IMG/VR virus record: IMGVR_UViG_3300032770_000012
Coordinates: 37,194 to 101,193 of that record
Origin: a virus
Reading direction: 5' to 3' (one strand)
Length of the DNA: 64,000 nucleotides
The notes below the pieces were generated by a model that saw nothing but the letters and a program-made list of their open reading frames with translations, was not told where the DNA came from and did no database searches. Positions 9,187 through 18,587 of this stretch are shown in pieces. Position numbers and translations under genes: made by a program. Each line of letters starts with the position of its first letter. The stretch's first letter is position 1.

Positions 9187-9234
9187 CTAGGATGCAAGAA
9201 AAACCTTGCAAACATCGGGATACTTGTTTACACT
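9187..9234 (+). promoter_or_regulatory. Early sigma70-type promoter with upstream GATGCAAG box
   Basis: CTAGGATGCAAGAAAAA, then TTGCAA-17 bp-TACACT; near-duplicate at 12419-12463. Confidence 0.7.
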
Positions 9235-9255
9235 TATCTCTAGGAGACGGCTTCA

Positions 9256-9648
9256 ATGAGTTCAATCGATCTGGAAACCTTTGGGCAAGCTTACATCGGA
9301 TGTGCTTTGTGGGCATCCACTACCGAAAACGGCGAACCGCTGGACAGTGAACATGATTCAGGCGATATCGCGCCAGAAACCAAAGCTCAAATGCTGGCTG
9401 ACTGTGCCGACTTTCAAACCGCTAATACTGAACTACTTAGCCAGTGGTATGAGCAGTGCGGCGAATCAACAGAACGCGCTGGACATGACTTCTGGCTGAC
9501 CCGCAACCGCCATGGCGCTGGCTTCTGGGACCGATGGGCCAGCGGTACGCCCCAGGCTAAGATCGGCCAGCAATTGACCGATGCCGCACACGCCTACGGC
9601 TCCTATGATCTCTACATCGGAGACGATGGACTGATATACGGCCAGTAG
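9256..9648 (+). CDS. Conserved early phage protein
   Basis: AGHDFWLTRNRHGAGFWDR motif; AGGAG RBS. Confidence 0.85.
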   Translation: MSSIDLETFGQAYIGCALWASTTENGEPLDSEHDSGDIAPETKAQMLADCADFQTANTELLSQWYEQCGESTERAGHDFWLTRNRHGAGFWDRWASGTPQAKIGQQLTDAAHAYGSYDLYIGDDGLIYGQ

Positions 9649-9705
9649 CTCGCGTCCGCAGGGATTCTTACAAGTCCCTGCCATGAGAGCTATTTAGCCT
9701 CAATT
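9646..9705 (+). ncRNA. Structured intergenic element, copy 1 (copy 2 at 10868-10924)
   Basis: Outer stem tagctc/gagcta, internal loop GCGTCC/CATGA, 9-bp inner stem. Confidence 0.55.
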
Positions 9706-9716
9706 AAGGAGACGAA

Positions 9717-10226
9717 ATGACACTTTCAGAACTTCCAGCCGGTTTGACCGCAAGCCATACCAGTATGGCGATTATCGCGCGTACTAAAGATGCCATATTT
9801 GTACGCCTTCCCGAGTTCTTGCAGCGCTCCTGCGATGGTTGCTCATGCGACTATTGCAAGGCCCATCCGGATAAAACGCCTGCGTGGGATACCTTAGTCG
9901 TTCCTATTCGCTGCGATCCGCGCAAGGCCGACTTCACCTATACCGTGCATATGCCGGACCCGCAAACCTTTAAGGCTTACATGGCCAGCAAGAAGGCCGC
10001 TAAAACCGTTACCGATTCCGACGCTCCAACTGGGAAGGCCACTGCGTTCACCGCTCATGATGCCGATGGGAAAGCTTACCGCTGGACATTCTGGCGCGAC
10101 GGTGATTACTGGATGTTGCGCGATTACACCGGCTATCTTCGCACGTTGGAGCATACCTGGATCGACTCAGTACCGCGAATCAAGTCTATCCTTGAAGGCC
10201 ACGGAATGACCGCTGATATCAGCTAG
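9717..10226 (+). CDS. Hypothetical early protein (Cys cluster)
   Basis: 169 aa; AAGGAG RBS; CDGCSCDYCK. Confidence 0.8.
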   Translation: MTLSELPAGLTASHTSMAIIARTKDAIFVRLPEFLQRSCDGCSCDYCKAHPDKTPAWDTLVVPIRCDPRKADFTYTVHMPDPQTFKAYMASKKAAKTVTDSDAPTGKATAFTAHDADGKAYRWTFWRDGDYWMLRDYTGYLRTLEHTWIDSVPRIKSILEGHGMTADIS

Positions 10227-10297
10227 GTGAGTGACGCGCGCTAACCCACGCTACAGCGCAGGGTTAGTGGGATTCATTCCCAGAAAGAGGCAACACA

Positions 10298-10867
10298 ATG
10301 GCACGCTACCAAAAACAGCGAATCAATTATCCCATCGGTTCAATTAGCTCTGGAACCATGAATCCAGACGACTTGATTCCAACGTTTTGCAGTGAGTTGG
10401 AGTCTTTAGCCAAACAATCGGGCATCGTTCCGGCGAGACAGCGCAAGGCGCATTTAAAACTGGTTCGCGATATTACAAGCCGGATGGATGGCGAGAGCTA
10501 TCACGACTCCAAGATGACTTTCGCCGGGCTTAGCGGTGAAGAGTCCTTTGCCGATGACGATCTGGACGCGCTATTCGACGCACTCGGCGAGTATGCCGGT
10601 CCTTACTTCTATTTCGGTGCGCATCCTGGAGATGGTGCGGACTACGGGTTCTGGCTTAGTGAATCGTGGGATGAGGACTTCTATGACGCACCATGTTGGG
10701 GGCTCGAAAAGTCGCGTAAACAGCAGCCGTCATCAATCAAGGTAGAAGACTTGCCCGACGTTCCTTCATGGTTCCGTGGTGAAGTGGCAGTCGTCAACGA
10801 TCACGGCAACGTAACGCTTTACCGCAAGACTTCCCGTGCGCTCCATGAGATCTGGTCCATTGTCTAG
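10298..10867 (+). CDS. Conserved early phage protein
   Basis: GSISSGTMNPDDLIP and YFGAHPGDGADYGFW motifs; GAGG RBS. Confidence 0.85.
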   Translation: MARYQKQRINYPIGSISSGTMNPDDLIPTFCSELESLAKQSGIVPARQRKAHLKLVRDITSRMDGESYHDSKMTFAGLSGEESFADDDLDALFDALGEYAGPYFYFGAHPGDGADYGFWLSESWDEDFYDAPCWGLEKSRKQQPSSIKVEDLPDVPSWFRGEVAVVNDHGNVTLYRKTSRALHEIWSIV

Positions 10868-10924
10868 TGGCCTGCGTCCGAGCGCTCTTTAGGAGCGCTC
10901 CATGAAGGCCATTAGCTTTCAATT
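10868..10924 (+). ncRNA. Structured intergenic element, copy 2
   Basis: Outer stem tggcct/aggcca, same GCGTCC/CATGA loop, inner stem gagcgctc/gagcgctc. Confidence 0.55.
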
Positions 10925-11191
10925 CAACACTATCAGGAGAACTTTACTATGCTCGAAAACCCGATGTACCTGTCCAATCCTTCAGAACCGGAACACTTTG
11001 ACGAAGCACAAGTCTGGAAAGCGCAACATGAGCGATCTGTCGATTTAAAATAGACCGTGAGACTTGCCGGGCGCACACTTGAGGAAAAACCATGCAAACT
11101 AAAGGTTTAGAGCGCGAGTGATCTGTATCATACGGCATTCTGAGGAGTGCCGTATCAGGAGATTCACTCCATAGGAGACGATTTAAAAACC

Positions 11192-11512
11192 ATGAAAACA
11201 CAAGCTTTAGACTTGCATACTGAGATTCGATCCAACGGTAGCAAGTGGTACGGCGAAGAGCCGGACAACATCGAAACCCTGCTAGGAGTCCTCGCCGAGT
11301 GCAAGCTCGATGAGCGACACTTTGACGGGTTCATTCATCATGACGCGGGCTACCGTGAAGTGTATTTTTTCGGCAATTTTGAAGACGTTTCGCACGTCTT
11401 CAGTATCCATAGCAACGATCCGGCTGTAGTCGCTCCATTGACTAAGGCTATCGTGTCTAACATCTTGCGCCAGCATCCACGCATCAATGCGCGCATTCGG
11501 AGGGACTTCTAG
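11192..11512 (+). CDS. Hypothetical early protein
   Basis: ATG 11192 after AGGAG; SNGSKWYGE...FFGNFEDVSHVF. Confidence 0.75.
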   Translation: MKTQALDLHTEIRSNGSKWYGEEPDNIETLLGVLAECKLDERHFDGFIHHDAGYREVYFFGNFEDVSHVFSIHSNDPAVVAPLTKAIVSNILRQHPRINARIRRDF

Positions 11513-11514
11513 CC

Positions 11515-11709
11515 ATGATTACAACCGAATTGACCGCGCGCCAGCAGGCTATCATCGGCCTGCTGTGGGACTCCATGAAACGCGATCCAGAACACAAGGA
11601 CCGCGTGCGTACCTCATGGGGGACTAAGACTAAGCTGGGACTCGCCTTATGCGTTGAGCGCATTTTCGAAGAACACCCAGCCGGGAAGGAGTCACAAGCC
11701 AATGGCTAA
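11515..11709 (+). CDS. Hypothetical early protein
   Basis: 64 aa; RVRTSWGTKTKLGL. Confidence 0.7.
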   Translation: MITTELTARQQAIIGLLWDSMKRDPEHKDRVRTSWGTKTKLGLALCVERIFEEHPAGKESQANG

Positions 11710-12043
11710 GACAATTACGCGTGACTTCGCGCCAGCAGACCGCTATCTCTACGACTTCAGGTATTGCACCGTGGCGAACGGCTGGGCGCAAGTGGACACT
11801 TCCCAAGACGCGAGCTACTTCGGCCAATGGGTTAACCCTGTCAAACGTCAAGTCTTCGCTTATGTTGAGGGAGACTTGATTCTAACCCATGTAGACACGG
11901 ATTCCGAGCTACAGGCCGAATTCGCTGAAATGAAACGCTGGAATGAACAGCAAGGCCATAGATTCCTCGGAATCGATCCGGGATTCAGCGAGTCCCTGAA
12001 GGCTTCGCTAATCTCCGCTGGCCTGCAAGAATACTTGCACTAA
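11702..12043 (+). CDS. Conserved early phage protein
   Basis: DRYLYDF...GWAQVDTSQDASYFGQWVNP...YVEGD; AAGGAG RBS. Confidence 0.8.
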   Translation: MAKTITRDFAPADRYLYDFRYCTVANGWAQVDTSQDASYFGQWVNPVKRQVFAYVEGDLILTHVDTDSELQAEFAEMKRWNEQQGHRFLGIDPGFSESLKASLISAGLQEYLH

Positions 12044-12056
12044 CCGAGACTAGCGC

Positions 12057-12098
12057 GCCCGGTATCTCTTGCGCAAGAGGAATACCGGGCATTTTTTT
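12057..12098 (+). terminator. Rho-independent terminator
   Basis: gcccggtat...ataccgggc stem followed by ATTTTTTT. Confidence 0.8.
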
Positions 12099-12418
12099 GT
12101 TCGGGCACCTCCGACATGGCGCGCTCCTCTCCGCGCGTTCCTGGCCAGCGCCAGCGCGCGCAGTGAGCCTTTTAATCGCTGCGCGCGCCCGAGGTTCCAC
12201 GTGACACCTTGGCCGGTTTGTCCAGACTGGACGATTTTTTTTGCGCTCGCTCGGCGAGCTTGCCCAATTATCCGAAATCCCATGATGGTTCAAAAAAAAT
12301 CAACGGACTACGGAAGTTTAGAGCACTCCACCGCGCGGGGATTGCTTTCCAGAAAAATTGCCGCGACTAAGGTTTAGACTTCATACCGTTGAAAACATTA
12401 GATCCCAATGATTAGAGC

Positions 12419-12463
12419 GATGCAAGAAAAACATTGACAAGTGCGCTGATAGTTGTTTACAGT
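12419..12463 (+). promoter_or_regulatory. Second early promoter with GATGCAAG box
   Basis: GATGCAAGAAAAAC-A-TTGACA-18 bp-TACAGT; aligns with 9191-9237. Confidence 0.7.
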
Positions 12464-12482
12464 TATTTTAAAGAGAGACGAC

Positions 12483-12761
12483 ATGGCCCATAACATCGAC
12501 TACGTTGAGACTCATCGCGAGGAGTGGTTTGAAATCCAGGTATCGCGCGCCGGTACTCACGATTGGAACGCGACCGGCGAGCAAGCCGACACGTTGGCCG
12601 GGATCTTGGATAAACTCTCCAAACAGGACCCGCGCGGACAGAACGCTTTTGAATACCGGGCGGTTCTCAAGACATTGACGGAGCGAGTAGTTACGCTCAC
12701 TCAGATACCGCCCGCTGCACCACAGAAAGGAGGCCCTATAGAGAACAAATCAGTAGTCTAA
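12483..12761 (+). CDS. Hypothetical protein
   Basis: ATG 12483 directly after the promoter. Confidence 0.65.
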   Translation: MAHNIDYVETHREEWFEIQVSRAGTHDWNATGEQADTLAGILDKLSKQDPRGQNAFEYRAVLKTLTERVVTLTQIPPAAPQKGGPIENKSVV

Positions 12762-12828
12762 GCGCGCGCCTAGAGCACTTGGGGTGCTCTGGCTCGCGGG
12801 CGTTTAGGCCCAACAAAGGAGACGACTT

Positions 12829-13038
12829 ATGCATAGAACGTTTTGCATTGAACGCATTCAAACCGGGGAGCGCGGTATTCAGTACTGGCTTTCCTACGAT
12901 GACGAGATTTACACGCTCGCCGAAGGCAATGAGCGTATGCGTTTTCTCATTCAGAATCAGCCGGATTGCGACTTTAGGCTGATTGAGATTTTGAGTCACA
13001 GCGTAGACTTGCGGCAAGCGCACGGGGGTTCCCGATGA
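12829..13038 (+). CDS. Hypothetical protein
   Basis: AAGGAG RBS; ATGA overlap with the AAA gene. Confidence 0.65.
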   Translation: MHRTFCIERIQTGERGIQYWLSYDDEIYTLAEGNERMRFLIQNQPDCDFRLIEILSHSVDLRQAHGGSR

Positions 13039-14033
13039 CGCCAGCTTGCCCGGTTAAACCATCCGAACTCGTGCGCGCCTTAACGCTGCTCTATGAGGCC
13101 CGCCATCCGGCGCATGTCTGGGGAAGCCCAGGGACGGGGAAGTCCAGCGTTATGGCGCAAGTCGCTGACTCGCTTGGCATTCAGCTTATCGACGTGCGCG
13201 CCGTCCTGCTCGATCCGGTGGACTTGCGGGGACTGCCGCATATCAACGGCGGCGGGCGCTCGCATTGGGCCATCCCTGACTTTCTGCCGCGCGAGGGCGC
13301 TGGCATTCTGTTTTTCGATGAGGCCAACCGAAGCGCGCCATTGGTCCAGAACGGATTGCTTCAGATCACGCTCGACCGTCGCTTGGGCGAATACCGGCTA
13401 CCTGACGGTTGGTGTTGCATGCTGGCCGGTAACCGCGAGTCGGACGGCGGCGGCGTCACAAAGCTCAATTCGGCGCTGTCTAGCAGGTTGACTCACCTAG
13501 ACTTACAGGTCGATATGGACGATTGGTGCAAGTGGGCGCTGAGCGCCGATGTTGAGCCGCCCGTGGTAGCGTTCCTGCGATTCAGGCCGGAACTGCTGGA
13601 CAAGTTCGACCGCACCGCTCGCGCCTATCCTAATCCGCGCTCCTGGAGCTTTGTTTCCCGGATCGTGGCGAGCCATCCGGACGCTACCGTCGAGCACGCG
13701 CTATTTGCGGGCACGGTCGGCGAAGGTGCTGCTACCGAGTTCTCAGCCTTCATGCGGCTTTATCGGACCTTGCCAGACATGGATGCCATCATCGCGAAAC
13801 CGGACAAAGCGCCGGTACCGGATCGCCCGGAAACACTGTTTGCTGTAGCGTCCGCGCTGGCGCGCAAAGCTAACGTCCAAAACTGGGCGCGCATCCTGAC
13901 CTATGCCGAACGACTGCCGGAGGAATTTTCCATCTACATGGTGAAAGATTCCGTCATGATCCACCGCGAATTGAACGAAACAAAGGAGTTGACTAAGTAC
14001 CTGATCGCTCACAGCGACGTTGCCTTGGCGTGA
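13035..14033 (+). CDS. MoxR/CbbQ-like (AAA_5-type) AAA+ ATPase
   Basis: Walker A GSPGTGKS, Walker B ILFFDEANR, sensor 1 AGN, ALSSR, PNPRSW. Confidence 0.93.
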   Translation: MTPACPVKPSELVRALTLLYEARHPAHVWGSPGTGKSSVMAQVADSLGIQLIDVRAVLLDPVDLRGLPHINGGGRSHWAIPDFLPREGAGILFFDEANRSAPLVQNGLLQITLDRRLGEYRLPDGWCCMLAGNRESDGGGVTKLNSALSSRLTHLDLQVDMDDWCKWALSADVEPPVVAFLRFRPELLDKFDRTARAYPNPRSWSFVSRIVASHPDATVEHALFAGTVGEGAATEFSAFMRLYRTLPDMDAIIAKPDKAPVPDRPETLFAVASALARKANVQNWARILTYAERLPEEFSIYMVKDSVMIHRELNETKELTKYLIAHSDVALA

Positions 14034-14101
14034 GTGCCCGCTTGCAGCGGATTCCACGGAGTCCGCTGCCGGGGGACGCATTCCCCATACAGGAGACGAA
14101 C

Positions 14102-14949
14102 ATGGACAGTATTACTTCGAAAGCAATGCTCACATCGCTGAGCATCCGCGCTTGGACGGCGGTGAGGCATGACCGCAAGGTCAGTGCCGAAGTAGCGGCG
14201 GCGCATAACTCGGACGTTCACTTTGGACGTTACAATAAATCGCTGGTCGCGGCCAGCGCCCTGGAACAACTGAAAAAAATAGGCAGTGCCGCACGCTTAG
14301 AGCACTACCATCGCACGCTCCCCTGGTCAGAGGACGGCTACCGGATTTTGTCGAGCGCCGGGTATTTCCCCGCACTCAGTACGAGGCGGCAGTCCAAGAC
14401 TTTTGTTCGGCTTATCCGCAGTACGTGGCGGATGCCAAGCAATCCCTTAACGGTCTGTTCAACGAAGCCGAGTATCCCAAGGCCCACGAGATCGAGCGGA
14501 AATTCGGCTTTGAAATCACCGTGCGCCCGGTTCCCGATGCCGGGGACTTCCGCGTCGATCTGTCAGCGGATGAAACCAACCGCATTCGGCAAGAGATTGA
14601 GCTATCGGTCGAGAACACCGTGAAGGCCGCGATGCAAGACGCCTTTATCCGGCTCAGGGATGTGGTGGGCCATATGGCCGAAAGATTGACGCTCTATACC
14701 GAAGCGCCTAACGGCAAAGTGGTTAACCCATTCCGCGATACCGTTGTAACCAACATCACGGATTTGCTGGACGTCCTGCCGTCGCTCAACTTGACTGGCT
14801 CGCCAGAGCTTGACGCATTTGCCGATGAAGTGCGGTCCAAGCTGGCGAACTTCAGCCCCGACCAACTGCGCAATTCCGCCGTCATCCGCAATTCGACCAA
14901 AGAAGCCGCTGCCGAGATCCTCAAGAAAATGGAGGACTTCCTGAAATGA
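14102..14949 (+). pseudogene. DUF3150-like coiled-coil partner of the AAA/VWA module, split by a frameshift near 14368
   Basis: First frame ...HYHRTLPWSEDGYRILSSAGYF, then continues in the -1 frame as RTQYEAAVQDFCSAYPQYVADAK...LGLFN-like EYP...LNLTGSPEL. Confidence 0.75.
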
Positions 14950-15203
14950 ACGAGGCTTTCACGCACGCTCGTAAGGGCGACAAATTCTTTAAGTTCGTCT
15001 GGCTTTCGAATCTTGGCACGGAATATTCCAGCGGTCGCGACGTGGCTGAGGCCTTCGGAAGCGCCGGTTACAGTGCTGGAGCGCTAGCGGCTTTGGATTA
15101 TCACGCCGAAGTTTTCCCCTGTAAAGACTGCGATTTTATTGGGGATTCCAAGGCCGATCTGACAAAGCACAAGCGCTCTTGTGGAAAGAAGGTATCAGCA
15201 TGA
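14946..15203 (+). CDS. Small protein with C-terminal C2H-type Zn finger
   Basis: FPCKDCDFIGDSKADLTKHKRSC; ATGA overlaps at both ends. Confidence 0.65.
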   Translation: MNEAFTHARKGDKFFKFVWLSNLGTEYSSGRDVAEAFGSAGYSAGALAALDYHAEVFPCKDCDFIGDSKADLTKHKRSCGKKVSA

Positions 15204-17179
15204 CCAAATCACTCCCGATGGATGCTGCCAAGCTGATGAGCCGGGCGCGCACTAAGCTGATGCTCAACCATCCGTGGTTCGGTTCGCTCGCCATGCGCCT
15301 GAGAATGCAGGAGCGCTCCGACATCCCCACTATGGCGACCGACGGAACGTATCTGTTTTATAATCCTACGTTTACGGCGTCATTGAGTGAAGCGGAGCGC
15401 TTAGGCGTGGTTGCACATGAGGTAATGCACGCCTGTTTGGGTCATGTATTTCGTCGCCAAAACCGTGACCCGTATAGGTTTAACGTTTCCTGCGATCTGG
15501 CGATTAACCCGATACTGATCGAGGCGGGCCTGACTTTGCCCAAGGGCGTGCTGATAGACGACAAGTTTAAAGGCATGTCTGCTGAGGCGATATACGCCCG
15601 CCTTCCTATCAACCAGCAGGGGGGCGCTGGTAAGGGATCACCGCAATCCGGGGGCGCTCCTAGCGCCCCTAATGGCCGAAGATCGATGGGGAATTGTCCG
15701 ACTGGCGAGTTTTGGGACTCACCTTCTATCGGATCTTGTCCAGATCCGGACGCCATGACGGAGCAAGACTGGCGCATTGCGGCTGAGCAGGCTTGCCAGA
15801 TAGCCCGTAAAGCCGGTAAACTGCCAGCGAGTCTTGACAGGGCGGTCGAGCAGGGCCGAAAGAGTCGCACGGACTGGCGGGCGCTCTTGCGTGAGTTCAT
15901 ACAATCCACCACGCCGAGCGATTATTGCGTCGGGCCGGAAACGATGGTCCTACGAGCAGATCTCACATGGGCACGCGCTGACGAGATCAAGATCGGCGAT
16001 GAACTAATCGGGGTCGATGAACACCCCGCTCGCTCCGTTGACACCAATGTGTATGGGCGGAGACGCGTCCGCGTTTCAGTGGTTGAGTCCGCCCATACCT
16101 TCAATTCCACTAGACTCGCGGTGACTACGGATCGGGGGACAACGATTGTCACCCCCGACCATCGCTTTCTCTGTTTCAAGTCTGGCGGCAAACTCCATTG
16201 GAAGTACGCAAAGAATCTCCGCCAAAATGATCAAATCAAAATGCTTCTACAACCATGGACCGAGGATTTATCTGACTCATGGCTAGCCGGGATGCTTGAT
16301 GGTGAAGGAACATTGACAGCCAATCCGGCGACATCGCCCCGTTCCGGCCTGAACCTCCGCATTAGCCAAGCAGAAGGCCCCGTGCTTGACCGCGCTGTCT
16401 CTGAGTTTGCTAACTTTTCATCAGTTGCGAAACGGATAAAGATATGCAAACCGCCTAGACATCTCGGCTCTCAAGTGATCGGAGAAGTGATAGTCTGTCG
16501 TGTGGCAGATGTTCTCCGTATTATCGGCCAGCACCGACCGACTCGATTGCTGCCAAAAATGCTCGATATGATACGGCGTGGTTATTTTTCTCTGCCTCGC
16601 TTGGACAGGGCCACTGTGCGTAGTGTCACTCTTTGTAAACCTGGATCAGTTGTTGCCATTCAGACCACTACACGCACGCTCATAACTGACGGCCTAATCA
16701 GCCACAACTGTTGGTGCGCCCCCAGCAGGCGCTACATTTCGCAGGGTTTGTACCTTCCGGGGATCGTTAAGGAAGGCATGGGGCCTATTGTGGTGGCGAT
16801 CGATACCAGCGGGTCAATCACGCGCCGGATGCTCAACGTGTTCGCCGCCGAGCTATCGGAGATCCTGACAGAGTGCCGCCCGGAATCGGTGGAGGTCATC
16901 TATTGCGATGCGGCGGTCCAATCCACGGAGACATTCACGCCCGATGATGGCTTGGTAGAACTCAAGGCCAAGGGCGGCGGCGGCACGGCATTCCGGCCCG
17001 TTTTTGAATGGGTTGCGGACCATAACTTAGAGCCCGTCGCGATGGTGTATGCTACGGACCTGGAGAGCTTTGACGCGCCCGACGATCCGGGAAGTTATCC
17101 GGTTCTGTGGCTGACGCCGGAGGACGTATCGCGGGGCGTCCCATTTGGCCGTCATGTGCCGGTGGACGTGGAGGATTGA
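15200..17179 (+). CDS. DUF2201-type HEXXH metallopeptidase-VWA protein containing an intein
   Basis: TMATDG, AHEVMH, MIDAS IDTSGS, GGGGTAF, ATD. Confidence 0.92.
   Translation: MTKSLPMDAAKLMSRARTKLMLNHPWFGSLAMRLRMQERSDIPTMATDGTYLFYNPTFTASLSEAERLGVVAHEVMHACLGHVFRRQNRDPYRFNVSCDLAINPILIEAGLTLPKGVLIDDKFKGMSAEAIYARLPINQQGGAGKGSPQSGGAPSAPNGRRSMGNCPTGEFWDSPSIGSCPDPDAMTEQDWRIAAEQACQIARKAGKLPASLDRAVEQGRKSRTDWRALLREFIQSTTPSDYCVGPETMVLRADLTWARADEIKIGDELIGVDEHPARSVDTNVYGRRRVRVSVVESAHTFNSTRLAVTTDRGTTIVTPDHRFLCFKSGGKLHWKYAKNLRQNDQIKMLLQPWTEDLSDSWLAGMLDGEGTLTANPATSPRSGLNLRISQAEGPVLDRAVSEFANFSSVAKRIKICKPPRHLGSQVIGEVIVCRVADVLRIIGQHRPTRLLPKMLDMIRRGYFSLPRLDRATVRSVTLCKPGSVVAIQTTTRTLITDGLISHNCWCAPSRRYISQGLYLPGIVKEGMGPIVVAIDTSGSITRRMLNVFAAELSEILTECRPESVEVIYCDAAVQSTETFTPDDGLVELKAKGGGGTAFRPVFEWVADHNLEPVAMVYATDLESFDAPDDPGSYPVLWLTPEDVSRGVPFGRHVPVDVED
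15926..16708 (+). mobile_element. Intein (261 aa) with LAGLIDADG endonuclease motif
   Basis: Cys1 CVGPETMV, block B TPDHRF, WLAGMLDGEG, terminal His-Asn followed by Cys+1. Confidence 0.92.
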
Positions 17180-17523
17180 TTGACGCGGTTCGTTGTGATC
17201 TCGGAAGGTGTTACGTTTCGCGTAGATCGTGTATGGACGCAGATTGGCGAGGTTTATATTTTGTCAAGCGCAAACTGGGGCGCGCCGAGCGGGAGGCGCT
17301 CCCGAAGGTCCGCAACATCTACGACGGCAAACAGGTAACGGTAGAGGACTTACGTGGAATCCCCGCCGATGACGCCAGGGAACTCGCTATGAGGATCATG
17401 GTGTTCGGAGCGGAGATCCATATCGGCATCGATCTCAGCGTCCTGAACAACTACACTCAGAGATACTCAAAGGCAATGGATACGATCTACAAGACCTCTC
17501 CGTTGTACAAGCTGAAGTCATGA
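17176..17523 (+). CDS. Paralogous array protein 1 (start uncertain)
   Basis: VTVEDLRGIPADDARELAMRIMVFG motif. Confidence 0.7.
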   Translation: MIDAVRCDLGRCYVSRRSCMDADWRGLYFVKRKLGRAEREALPKVRNIYDGKQVTVEDLRGIPADDARELAMRIMVFGAEIHIGIDLSVLNNYTQRYSKAMDTIYKTSPLYKLKS

Positions 17524-17867
17524 TTATCGCGATGCAGAAGCGCGCCGGATTCGCTACCTACGGGGATAGCATTACAAACGCACTGTCCGATCAGACCTAT
17601 ACCGGCAGCAACTCTCGCGGGCCGTCCTGGGCGTACTTCGTTGTGACGGAGGAAAAGGACCCTGAGCGGATCTCGTGGCGCTGGCGCGCACATCAGCCGG
17701 AAGTTATGGTTTTCGAGGGATTTATTCCGAAACTGGAGCAACTCTGGGACGGCAAGGCCGTTACCATCGAGGACTTGCGCGCCGTCGAGTCGGGAGACAA
17801 AGAGGCGGCGGCGTTGGCGCTCCGCATCATGCTGCTCGGAAACGGACGCGACTCGCCACCATTTTAA
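17520..17867 (+). CDS. Paralogous array protein 2
   Basis: VTIEDLRAVESGDKEAAALALRIMLLG. Confidence 0.75.
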   Translation: MIIAMQKRAGFATYGDSITNALSDQTYTGSNSRGPSWAYFVVTEEKDPERISWRWRAHQPEVMVFEGFIPKLEQLWDGKAVTIEDLRAVESGDKEAAALALRIMLLGNGRDSPPF

Positions 17868-17903
17868 TCCGTTTTGACCTCCATTCTGATATACTGGTCG
17901 GAC

Positions 17904-18341
17904 ATGAAAATATGCTTTAAGTGTCATTCACTCAAACCTTTGGATGACTTCTATGAACATCCCAAGATGAAGGATGGTCATCTAGGAAAATGCAAGCAGT
18001 GCGCAAAGGATGATTCGAATGCAAGGCGCGCTGAAAAACTTGAATCTGTCAGAGCTTACGACAGAGAGCGCGCACAGAATCCTGCCAGAAAAGCGGCGGT
18101 ACGTCGCTATGTGAGGGCGCGAAACTTGCGCTATCCGCAGAAACGAAAAGCTAGAATCGCTGTCGGCAACGCTATACGGGACGGATTATTGGTCAAGCTG
18201 CCATGCGTTCGGTGCGGCGACGAAAACGTGGAAGCCCATCACCATGATTACTCAAAGCCTCTGGAGGTGATTTGGCTGTGCTACCTACATCATAGAGAAA
18301 TCCACGCAGAGATAAAACAACAGGCAATTTCAATGGTTTAG
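17904..18341 (+). CDS. HNH endonuclease
   Basis: KICFKC...DGHLGKCKQC Zn finger; CVRCG...EAHHHDYSKPLEVIWLCYLHH. Confidence 0.85.
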   Translation: MKICFKCHSLKPLDDFYEHPKMKDGHLGKCKQCAKDDSNARRAEKLESVRAYDRERAQNPARKAAVRRYVRARNLRYPQKRKARIAVGNAIRDGLLVKLPCVRCGDENVEAHHHDYSKPLEVIWLCYLHHREIHAEIKQQAISMV

Positions 18342-18344
18342 AGC

Positions 18345-18587
18345 ATGGGAATCTACGCAAAGAGCGGCAAGTACATGGATGTATATCGGGCTGAATTCTT
18401 CTCCGGTCACTGGCGCTGGCGCTGGCTGACAATCAGAAAACGCCAATCAACTTATTGCCTTAAAGCTAAAGTGGTTCATGGTGTCTATTCCGCCGCTTTT
18501 GTCACGGTCGAGCATCTCGCGCAATTCCCGCAAACTGATGAGGTTAAAGCGCTGTCCATGCGTATCCTGATGGGGATCGGACAATGA
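18345..18587 (+). CDS. Paralogous array protein 3
   Basis: VTVEHLAQFPQTDEVKALSMRILMG. Confidence 0.75.
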   Translation: MGIYAKSGKYMDVYRAEFFSGHWRWRWLTIRKRQSTYCLKAKVVHGVYSAAFVTVEHLAQFPQTDEVKALSMRILMGIGQ

